From Lingula anatina (Eukaryota > Animalia > Brachiopoda), in contig CM120644.1 in the NCBI GenBank assembly GCA_051362555.1, positions 8,936,954-9,000,953 of the forward strand: a stretch of DNA of 64,000 nucleotides, written 5' to 3'. The position numbers and the translations under genes were made by a program. This document shows positions 34,058 to 44,968 of this stretch, piece after piece. Below the pieces are notes generated by a model. That model ran no database searches. It worked only from the letters and a program-made list of their open reading frames with translations, and was not told the origin of the DNA. How positions within the stretch are numbered: position 1 is the stretch's first letter; every line of letters starts with the position of its first letter.

Positions 34058-35946
34058 GCATGGTTGTTATTTTGACCATACCAATATTGCCAATGAACTG
34101 TGTGGACCACAAATTTATATATAGACCTTCAGCAATTTTTAAATGAAGAAGATTTTCATACATTGTTGAGTGACTTAGACAAATTTGAATTCTTGTTTTT
34201 GACACTATTTCATGCAACTTAACTCTCAATAAATATTTGACAGGACTTATGAGATTGTCAGGTTGTGTTGTTTTGTGCTAGAAAGCAAAACTTTAATTTC
34301 AAAAAGGGTTCCCAGCTCACTCGCAATCAGAAATGGCAAAACTTGGAAGATCCCCAACCCCCCCCCTCCCCCGGCCCCCCTTTTTTCCCTGTCATGTTTC
34401 ATTAAAGTCCTCAAATCATTGAAATAAAGGAATTTTGTTTGCTCAGACTTTTTGGCTTGTGTCTATACCGAACGACAATTTTTTGGGGGGCAATTTTAAA
34501 GCCTGCAGTAGCTAGCTCTTTACATTTAAATGGGTTGGAATTATGATTCTGAAATTTTAAGATTAATTGAGGTGAAAATCAGGGAAGTTTGTTCTCATGA
34601 AATGCTGGGAACCCAGTTATAGAGTTTGCATTTGCACTTTAATGATTTAGCATCTTCGGTTTTTAAAAAATTATAGAGAAGGCCATCAAGCAGTTCCTTT
34701 ATGCTTTAAGGGGGAGTGAACAAACTAATTAATATAAAAAATTTCAAACCAGATCTTGAAACTGCTTTGATCTACCCCTGTATGAAATGAATCATTTCAA
34801 CAAAGCTCTACAAAAAGAAATGATACATTTTTTGTGTCCGTAAACGTGGTTTATATGTGCTAAGAACAGGTGTACCATCCAACTAAATGAAATGTTTAAC
34901 CACATAGAGGTCTTTCTCAGTTATCCAGAACCATACATTTTAATAATCATCCAAGACCATTACTGTTGTGAAAATTTGCTGTGTTGTAATTGGTCAGAGA
35001 GCTTGACAGTATAATGAAAAAGGTTTTAATTTCTAAACTAAATTATTTGAATAGTGGAAACTGATCAAAGTCACCACAAAACTTAATTTCGATTGAACGT
35101 GCCAATATAAAAGCTTACAGAATAATTTTAAGTATTTATCACCTGATATATTATTGATCTCATAACTTAAAATTTTAACAAGGACAATATTGTGCCCCCC
35201 TCAGTTATGCTGGTCACAGATGGATTATGTATCTACTAGATTATGTGAACGATGACACCATGCTGTCTTTAGATGGATCATGCAGTTTATTTTGACTCAT
35301 TTTCCAATAAGTCTAAGTAAAACTCATAATCTAAAAAAATAATAAAAAAGCAGCACTGTTGTAAATTTTTTCATTATGTTACCTACTATGCAAGTATAAA
35401 ACAAACAAAAAAGTCAACTTTATCTCTGCAATAATTCCAGGCTAGACAAACATTGATACAAGAATAGTAAAATGGTGGCAACTTTTACAGGGATAAATTG
35501 TACCTTTTACAGAGTGAAAAGCAGCTTTTGTTTGAAAGTGAAAGCAAAATAAGGGTTCTCACAGCTATGTGCCACCATGAATGTTAACTACAAAGGCTGT
35601 TGCGAAAATACAGTCCAGTGATGATTCAGTCTGATAGCTAGGCCGATACTGTAATTACTCATCAATTTCCAAGAACGTGAATTGATTATTTCCAAAAAAA
35701 GTCTTGTTATGTAAGATGCTAATGTAAAGGTTTTAATAAGTTAATCTTGATCAGTTTTATGTGTGAATAAATAAAATGTTTTAATTTGGGAAAATAAAAT
35801 ATTAAAGTAAGTGAGGTGTTTTAAATTTTAAGTCATAACCGTAAGTGACAAATGTTTATTAGTGAATCAGCTGAAGGCTAGACATCAGAAGCAGGAGAGG
35901 CGAGAGTACACAAACTTCACGAGATACTAAGCACTGTATTGTCAAG

Positions 35947-36409
35947 ATGATGACGTTTTGCTTCATTGCAGCTTTGCTCCTCTTTGCTGGTTTGCCAGGT
36001 AGGTTAGAATAAAAGCAAACAATTAAACAAACAAGCAAACACCTTTGGGACAGAAAAATGGATTGAATATGATAAAAAAAAAGATGTCTTTATAGTTATA
36101 GGGCCTAAGCAAAAAATTACAGAGATAGAAATATAGTACAGAAACATCTGGATACTTTTGTGTTTACCCAGAACTTACGTTTCAAATTATTCATCTGAAG
36201 CAATTTATTAGGGATAATCAAAGCTACATTTTTATCTTTTTCAAATATTAAAAATGTTTTTCTTCTTCTACAAAGCACCCACGGCAAGTCTCGGGTGCCT
36301 GTCAAACTCTAACTGTGTCAGCTATTGTTCTGGTTGTATATACGGCGGCACCCCAAAATGCGCCCTTAAAACCACCGGCACATGCCAATGCCTTGGGTGC
36401 GGACCATAG
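35947..36409 (+). CDS. Secreted 8-cysteine defensin/myticin-like peptide, paralog A (61 aa precursor)
   Basis: Exon 35947-35998 (phase-1 donor CCAG|GTAGGT) joins exon 36276-36409 in frame: MMTFCFIAALLLFAGLPAPTASLGCLSNSNCVSYCSGCIYGGTPKCALKTTGTCQCLGCGP*. Probable 3'UTR intron 36422-37088 and AATAAA near 37163. All splice signals are conserved in paralog B. Confidence 0.85.
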
Positions 36410-37867
36410 CCACATGGTCTGGTGAGTTGTTCAATTACCTGCATATCACAGCTGAATTGCTCTTAAAGTCATAGATCAAAACAATATTTTAGTTCTTTTT
36501 TTTACCTTTGAACATTTTGCCAAATGTTACCATTTTTGATCTAGATCTTAATCTTTCTGATTCCATTGTGGATGTGATTAACATAATTGATAGGTATAAT
36601 AAATTCTTAAATATAACAGAGAAACTGCCAAAAGCAGTAGCTACTAGCATTGAGTACAATATTTCAAAGATTGGGGGAGTAAAGTAGAAGTGCCGGAGTG
36701 CAATATAATATAATACAGATATTCTGTAGTAGAGTATATATCTAATTTATTTCTCAGCACTTGAGAAAGTTGTGGTTTTCCACAAATCCCAGAAAATAGG
36801 TCATACGTCTCTCAATATTGCTTTTTAAATTATGATATTCTTACTTAGCATCAAATTATGTCTGGCGGTAATTATCTGCAAAATTTGCCGTTTTCAGCTC
36901 TCAACTTAGTCATTTTCAATCCTTATTAATTGTAATATTTAACTCCTTTGAAGCATAATATTTAAATCTTAATTCAAAACGATAGTGAAGCGCATTGAGG
37001 TTTTCAATGAAATATGTCATATAAGAATAAATTATCATCATTACTACTAATACTACCACCACTACTATTATTATCATCTATATTTCAGATGTAGAACAAT
37101 AAGACTTCCAAGCAAAACAGAAGACATGCAGATTTTCGTATTTTTATCAACAGCTTGGAAAAAATAAATTAAAAGATGAAAACGCATTTCAAATTGATTT
37201 TGACTGATTTCCTCTCTGACTGCCTAAGGCAATTATTTTACCCTGAGAAGAATAATAACAGTAGTTATTCACTAAATTGGTAAAGGTATTTGTTGTCAGA
37301 AATAATAAGACAGAATAATTGTTTGCAACAGGTGGTTTGTAGGCCTGAAGGGCTGGGTGTTCTTTTAACATGGCACGTTGATAAATGATGATGATGATTA
37401 TTATTAAACTTTACGAGGACTGTTTTTTTTTCCCCCAAAACAAGTTTGTCTAAACAGTCCTTCTTCGAACCACACGCGTGCTTGACCTTGCAGATCATGT
37501 GTGTCGTAGAAGATGCCAAAGTACGATACAGTAGAGGTTGGAAGTGGGGAGGGAAAGGGGAGGGGGTAGCCCCCTTATCCTCCTGAATCCTACAGTTAGC
37601 TAGCTTATAAGCCTGTGGTATGTAGGATGCTAATTAAGTATGTATTAAAGAAAGAAGTTTGTGGGAGATTAAATGGGCAAAATTGTTGAATATGTAAAGT
37701 GGCACTTATTAATGAATTAACTGCTTTCCTATTCTCTGTGTTCTTATGCTGATTGTATTTTATTAATAAGCTTTTATAAAGTTTTATTTCTTATATTTTT
37801 ATCGGTTTCATGAATTTCTTTAAGTAGAAATGTTAAGGCTTCAAACAAATATTTACTTTGTTTTTAG

Positions 37868-37954
37868 GTTGGCACAGATTTTCTGGAGGAAAGTATTACA
37901 GCATTTGAAGATTTCGTTCAATCTGTAGACGTTGTAGCTTTCAATAAGATCTAA
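37868..37954 (+). other. Duplicated EF1-beta terminal exon (candidate alternative last exon or pseudo-exon)
   Basis: 86 of 87 nt identical to 33971-34057 (one synonymous GTC>GTT change). Intact TTTTTAG acceptor, stop codon and AATAAA at 38125. The preceding exon-5 copy at ~37490-37520 is partial with a weakened donor. Confidence 0.85.
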
Positions 37955-39756
37955 GCATGGTTGTTATTGTGACCAAACCAATATTGCCAATAAACTGTGG
38001 ACCACAACTTTATATATATAAACCTTCAGCAATTTCTAAATGAAGAAGATTTTCGTATATTGTTGAGTGACTTAAACAAATTTGAATTCTTGTTTTTGAC
38101 CATAATTCATGTGACTTAATTCTCAATAAATATTTGTCAGAACTTTTATGAAATGGCTAAATCAATTTGTGTTGTTTTCTGCTAGAGGTCAAAATTAACA
38201 ATTTTGAGTTCCCTGCTCACTTATAGTCCAGGAAATTGGTGAAAAATTGTGCATTTTTTACCTACAAGCATGAAATTTGGCACACTTATGGACAATAAAA
38301 TTCTAAGCAAATTTGGATATATGGGCATGTCTGAAAATTCCAAAATGGCCGTCAAATCCAATATGGCCACCAAAATACCTTTTCAAATTAAAACTTCAAG
38401 TACATAGTCTTCTAATGACTTAAAATATCATATAAAGGTTAGAAAACACCATGGTATGAATCCTTCAGGTGTATTAAATCCAAAATGGCCGCCAAAAGTA
38501 AAAAAAGCAGACCATTTATTCAAGATATCCATTTGAATGGGGAATTCATCAAGCACTTAAAACTACAAGCATAAAATTTGGCAGGTTTGTGGAAAATGAA
38601 ATTCTGAGCAAGTTTGGATGTATGGGCATATCCGAAAATTTAAAAATGGCCTTCAAATCCAAGATGGCCTCCAAAAATACGGCTTCTAATTAAAACTTCA
38701 AGTATATAGTCTTTTAAGGGTGTAAATATCATACCAAGGTTAAAAAACACTACGGTATGAATTCAGAATCAACATTTGCTTTTTTAGGTGTATTAAATCC
38801 AAAATGGCCGCCAATAGTAAAAAGCACTCTACTAATCCAAGATATCCAGCAGAGTGGTTAATTCATCAAAAACTACAAGCATGGCATTTGGTACAGTTGT
38901 AAAACAGGATTCCAAGCACTTTTGGATGTATGAGCATGTCTAAAAATTTCAATATATGGCCCCCAAATCCAATATAGCCGACACAAATACCTGTTCAAAT
39001 TAAAACTTCAAGTATATATAATCCTATAATAACTTAAGATAACATTTTATGGTTAGACAAGACTATGGTATGCATGAAGTATCAATATTTGATTCTTTAA
39101 GTGTATAGAAATCCAAAATGGCCTCCAAAAATAAGAAAAACAGGCCACTCACAGAATGAAGCATCAAGCATGAAAATTGGCTCAATTGTACAGAACAGGA
39201 TTCTAAGCAATTTGTTATATAGGGACATGTCTGAATATTCTAATATGGCCACTAAAACCCTTTTAAAGTAAAAAAAGACTACTATATAATCTGACTGACA
39301 ACAGTCTTTACTCTTTTTTGGTTTTTCGCTCCTTTAGTTACATTTAGACCCAAATGACCATAAAAAATGGAACAGGACTCCTTTTGGTCTAGTTGTGACA
39401 CCACATGCAGCAATTCTATAAATGTCAAAGATATGAAAATGTCAAGGTATTTTCACAAATAAGTTTCAAATTAACGAAAGTTATTTTATCAGGTAAGTGT
39501 TGCACATTTTATGGGCGGTCAACCTTTTACTTTAGTAAATGGACAATATCTCAACAGAGGATAACAGCTAGCTACACCGAAATTTCTACTTATTTGGTTA
39601 AATAATTTTCATTCATTAATGTGTGCCTAGCTTTACTAGTAGTTGTGCTTCCCTCAGCTTTCCCAGTATTTCCTTAAAGCTAAAGCTTCTACATGTAATC
39701 CACTTTCCCCAACAAAATACCAAGAGGCATTGGTCGTTTTTAACACCAGAAAGCAT

Positions 39757-40104
39757 CAGTTTACATGCATGAGGGTCAATAGGAATATGAAAGTGTGGTA
39801 GGGCATAGTAGTAGATGTAGGTTACTAGCTATAGTGTGAACCCTTATAGGACCAGTCTTCCAATGCTTCTGACTCAGTTTACATGCATGACGGTCCATAG
39901 GAATATGAAAGTGTGGTAGGGCATAGTAGTAGATGTAGGTTACTAGCTATAGTATGAACCCTTATGGGACCAGTCTTCCAATGCTTCTGACTCAGTTTAC
40001 ATGCATGACGGTCCATAGGAAAATGAAAGTGTGGAAGGGCATATTAGTAGATGTAGGTTACTAGTGTGAACCCTTATAGCACCAGTCTTCCAATGCTTCT
40101 GACT
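39757..40104. repeat. ~117-bp tandem repeat x3 inside the Academ-like element
   Basis: CAGTTTACATGCATGA...CCAGTCTTCCAATGCTTCTGACT units start at ~39757, 39874 and 39992. Confidence 0.9.
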
Positions 40105-40875
40105 CCCCTCACCACAGTTATCAACTGCACACATAACTACAAACAGATGTGGTAGGAGCTACCTGGTAGATTTTGTAAGCTGGGTAAGTGAATACACCTC
40201 ATGGCTTCATTCTGGATTGTCCCACAGAGACAATGATGCCGGAAATCTCATGAATTTTTACCTTTCAAAGTCCATATTGCACTAATTTCTTGGTGTAATC
40301 CTCAGAATACATCGTTTTTTGAAGTTTTGTATGTATTAACTGTCTGGAGGATTTTAATTCTTTTATTTTCATGTTCAGTTTTTTGAAAGTATAAGTTTGT
40401 AACTAAACAAGTTGCCAAATGATCAAATGAAAACCAAAGTTTGGTGCCTATCAGTGCTTCTTTTTTAGTGCACGAAGTGTGAAGTCTGCAATGCAACTCT
40501 TGGATACAGCACGTATCAACACCTGCCCTCTGTTTGGGGTACAGGTATTTCTTTGCTCATAAATTTTCACTAAATTCTCGGTAGCCATTACTGCGAATGT
40601 ACTAAAGCCAATTTTTTAAATAAGAAGCTTTTCTAATTTACTTTTGAAGCACAAGATAACATCAGAACATTATGGAGTGCAAACGTGCTCCGCTTTTAGT
40701 ACTTTACCAATGAAAAACACCAAATTGTTGAGACCTGTATGTTTGATTAGCTGTCATTTTTGTTATATTTATGAGCATTTGATGAAGCGGCATGCACTGA
40801 TCTAGCTGAAGAATCATAACCAACAGACAAAATTGGTACACCCCAAGTTTTTTATATTTGCCTCTTTAAGGCTAA

Positions 40876-41089
40876 CGCCCCATTTCCATAGATTAGATCG
40901 ACCTACTTTAGATCGACCTAACTCCCTGGGGGTTCACACTAAATAGCTGTCAGCCGGGCGGACACGAAAGTTAATTACCACTTGCAGCTTGTAGTAGGCG
41001 GGGACGGACACTTAAGGGGGATTATCTGACAGTAATCTGGTGAGACTCCCCGCGGTGATAGATCGATCTAAAGTTGTGGGAATAGACCC
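40876..41089 (-). mobile_element. MITE family A, copy 4 (nested in the Academ-like element)
   Basis: taa|CGCCCCATTTCCATAGA...TGTGGGAATAGACCC|taa with TSD TAA. Closely similar to 24473-24687. Confidence 0.8.
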
Positions 41090-42745
41090 TAAGTTATTCT
41101 GGTGTTTCTTTCACATTTTATGGATTTTGCACGATACTTTTTTTTCTTAGAAAGGGGGAGTCACTCATGAGTGCCATATAAGAAGATTGCTAACTGGGAA
41201 TTGATCTAAATGAGAATCCAGAGCAAAAAGTCAAACTTCTTATGTTGGTTTATCAAAAGAAGGACTGTTTTCAGTACATAATAAATGTATCATGCTTGAT
41301 GGTTTTTTAAAAACTCTGTAGAATAGTTCCTGCACAGGTAGGAATATGCTGATTACACAGGTAGTTTGCAAAGCCCACATGCCTATTCACGAGTGATTAC
41401 AATTCAATAGTTGTGGTCTGCTGACTTTTGGAGACCATTTAAGTGGCAGATACTGATACTTCATTCATACAATGGTATTTTCTAACCATTAAATGATATT
41501 TTTATAAAAGACTATACAAATAACTTTCACCCTGAAAGGGTATTTTGGGGGCAATATTGAAATTGGCTGCCATATTGGAATTTTCAGACATGCCCCTATA
41601 TCCAACGTTGCTTAGAATCATGTTCTACATAACTGTGCCAATTTTTATGCTTGTAATTGTAAGTGCTTGATGATTTTACAAAACTGCTGCATATTTTGCG
41701 TAAGTAAACTGCTTATTTTACTTTTGGAGGCCATTTTGGAAATCTATACACCTGTAGAAGCGGATATTGATAATTCATTCATAGCATGATATTTTCCAGC
41801 TATAAAATGATATTCTAAACCATTTTAGGACTATATATTAGATGTTTTAATTTAAAAGAGTATTTGTGGCGGCCATATTGGATTTGGCGACCATACTGGA
41901 ATTTTCAGACATGCCCATATATCCAAAAAAGCTTAGAATTCCATTATCTACAACTGTGGCAAATTTCATGCTTGTAGGTAAAAAACGCACAATTCACCCT
42001 TTTTTCTGCACCAATTTCTTGGACTATTAGAAATGGAAAAACCTGAAAGATGCTGGTCAAAGATGAATCATGCAACTGCGAGAATATATGAAATATGACA
42101 GGATTCTGTCTTTAGTTGGAGCATGCAGTTTATTTTGACTCTATTTTCCAATAAATTTAGGTAAAACTCATAACCTTAAATAAAAAGTAGTACTGTAATA
42201 AATGTTTTCAATGGGTTATTATGTAGTTAATAAAACAAAAAGTAATCTTTATGTTTGTAATAATTTCTGGCTAGACAAATACTGATACATGAGCATATCA
42301 AATTATTTGCAACTTTTTCAGCAGCTTTTGGTACAAACTGAACGCAAAATAGGGGTTCTCACATCAATGGATATGAACTTCAAAGGCTTTTGCATCAAAA
42401 CGGCCCAAGGAATGACTCAGTCTGATAGCTAGGCCGATATTGTAATTAGTCGTTAATTTCCAACAACGTGAATTGATAATTTTCTCAAAAAACGTCATAT
42501 TATTAATATGTAAAATGCTTATGTAAAGGTTTTAATAAATTCATCATGATCAGTTTTATATGTGAATAAATATAGTGATGTTATTTGGAAAAAATATAAT
42601 ATTAAATCAAGTGAGGTGTTTAAAATTTAAGTCATAACCGTAGGCGACAAATGTTTATTAGTGAATCAGCTGAACGCTAGTCATCAGAAACAGGAGACAC
42701 CAGAGTAGACAATCTTCACAAGATACTAAGCACTGTATTGTCAAG

Positions 42746-43245
42746 ATGATGAAGTTTTGCTTCATTGCAGCTTTGCTCCTCTTTGCAGGCTTGCCAGGTA
42801 GGTTAGAGTAACAGCGAACAATAAAACAAACAAACAAACAAACAGCTTTGAGACAGAGAAACGATTGAATATGATAAAAAGGATGTCATTATAATTACAA
42901 GAAGCGCAAATTACAGAGGTTGAAAAAGGGTACAGAAACACCTGGATACTTTTGTGTTTGCCCAAGGAATATAAGTACTTACAAGTGATTAATTTGAAGC
43001 AATTTATTGGGGATAGCCTAATCAAAGGTATGCTATATTTTTTATCTTTCCCAAATAAATAAATGAATAAATAAATGTCATTATTTTTCTTCTTCTGCAA
43101 AGCACCCACGACGAGTAGTGGGTGCAAAACACATTCTGACTGTACCAGCTCCTGTTCTCGTTGTACACCAGCAGGCGTATTCGGCGGCACTCCATACTGC
43201 GTCCTTAAAACCACCGGAATATGTCAATGCCTGGGATGCCAATGA
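42746..43245 (+). CDS. Secreted 8-cysteine defensin/myticin-like peptide, paralog B (64 aa precursor)
   Basis: Exons 42746-42797 and 43103-43245: MMKFCFIAALLLFAGLPAPTTSSGCKTHSDCTSSCSRCTPAGVFGGTPYCVLKTTGICQCLGCQ*. Probable 3'UTR intron 43257-43582 and AATAAA near 43665. Confidence 0.85.
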
Positions 43246-44906
43246 TAGGCCTACTGGTGAGTGGTTGAATTAGCTGCATATCGCAGGGAAGTTACTGAGA
43301 CAAGTTCTTGTTAATGTTTGATTAGTTTGCCAAGTGTGGCCATTTTTGGCCTGGACCGTAATCTTGTTAAAGGCATTATGGTTGTGATTTACATAATTAC
43401 GTACAATAAATTAAAACAGCGAAGCTGACAAAAGCTGTAGAGTAGCTTCAAAGTTTGGAGGAGTGAAGTAGAGGTGCCGTAGGTATTGCAGTGCTTTAAA
43501 GAAACACATGCAGTTACTTGATTTATTAGAGAGATATAAACAAGTGATAACTCAGCAAAGCTGACAAATATTTTTATTTCAGATGTGATAAACAAGACTT
43601 CCAAGCAAAACAGACGACACGCAAATTTTCAAATTTTCATATTTAGTTAAACAGCTTGGAGCAAAATAAAGTATGAAAATTTATTTATAACTGATTTTGA
43701 CTGAATTCCTCTTTGATTGTCCTAGGACAATAATTTTACCCTGAACAGAATAATAACATTAATTGTTCGGTAAATGGAAACAAGTTTTTTTTTGTTGAAA
43801 TAAATAACTATAATTATTACTGTTTGACTCAGGATTTGGTTGGCTTGTAGACCAAATAACGATCGCCAAATTTAACCACATTTTGCATTCAGATTGGACC
43901 TTTTTGTGATCAAGACCGGTCCATAGATGGTAGATTGAAATCTAATGTATGTATGACGTAGTTACCTGTAAATGCATTATTCAGTCTCAGTGTCAAGAAA
44001 TACTCATCTTCTTTACTAGATTCCAAAGGAAAAACTTTTTTGTAGTATTGAAGTGTTTTGGGTCACGCCCAAAATTATTTGTTGTAACTTAAATTATCGA
44101 TCTTGAAATAATAAAATAAATTGGGTATATAGGGGTCGCTTGTAAAATGCCATCAAATTGGAGAGTGGGCGAATGCATAATACCTTTATTTTGTTTTTAC
44201 AGTCTAAATTTATGCAATTCATTTGTTCTCATACAATGTTTGACAACCTAGTTTGAGAGTTTGCATATATTATAATGAATAAGCATTACTTTCATTTTTC
44301 TGTTTTTTAATAAGTGGAATGCTAAAGTTCATAAAATTTTAGGCTACATCACCTCAAAGAGTTTTTTTTATTTGAAGTGAAAGTATAAACTAAAAGAAAT
44401 ATGCAAAAAATGATGTATGTGAATCAAAATATGAGACCAGTCCTTCAAATGAATTAACATTTGTGAACACAGTGCTCTGTTGAATTACGACAACAACCTT
44501 GCGTGTTTATATTTGGAATCATGGAAGACAGCCCTCTCTTAGGTATTAATCTACTACTTCTCTATATAAACAAATATTTCACTCTATGTGGACAGAATAA
44601 AATTACACCTCTTTGGAATGCCTGCAAAAAGTATTTGGAAAAGCAAAAGAACATAGATTTTCAATCTTTATACCTACTGGATCCTAAAAAGGGAGATAAT
44701 CTAAGAAAAAAAATGGGAAAGTATAGAAAAAATATTGATATGAATAGAAAAGAACATTAATCGTAGCCTAGGCCTACTAAGATTCTTTAATTAAAAAAAA
44801 ACCTACGTGTATTATTAATCAACATCTGTAAGAACTTTGTTTGCAGTGTGTGAAGGTGTATTTGTCTCTTATTGTGTTGTAAATGCCCTGTATTAATTTT
44901 CGTGAA

Positions 44907-44964
<58 letters not shown>

Positions 44965-44968
<4 letters not shown>

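Larger units (their letters stand above)
38224..42026. mobile_element. 3.8 kb DNA transposon with TAG..CTA ends and TTA TSD (Academ-like), long repeat-built arms
   Basis: tta|TAGTCCAGGAAATTGGTG...CACCAATTTCTTGGACTA|tta. A ~300-bp sub-repeat occurs ~4x in the left arm and ~2x inverted in the right arm. The empty site is visible in unit A near 34320. Superfamily assignment is inference from the termini and TSD length. Confidence 0.8.
32977..43850 (+). repeat. Tandem segmental duplication (unit A ~32977-37350, unit B ~37490-43850)
   Basis: Collinear homology covers the end of EF1-beta exon 5, intron 5, exon 6, the 3'UTR, the spacer and the entire peptide gene. Unit A has extra 33094-33725 and ~34351-35206; unit B has extra 38224-42026. 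Confidence 0.92.

Noticed and set aside
42762-43214. 150-aa minus-strand ORF
   Set aside because: Antisense shadow of peptide gene B and its intron. It is not preserved in paralog A, whereas the plus-strand spliced frame is.
32977-43850. The duplication as a haplotype-assembly artefact
   Set aside because: The copies differ by many substitutions, independent transposon insertions and strongly diverged peptide exons, and there is a discrete junction inside exon 5. A true tandem duplication is more likely, though long reads should confirm it.
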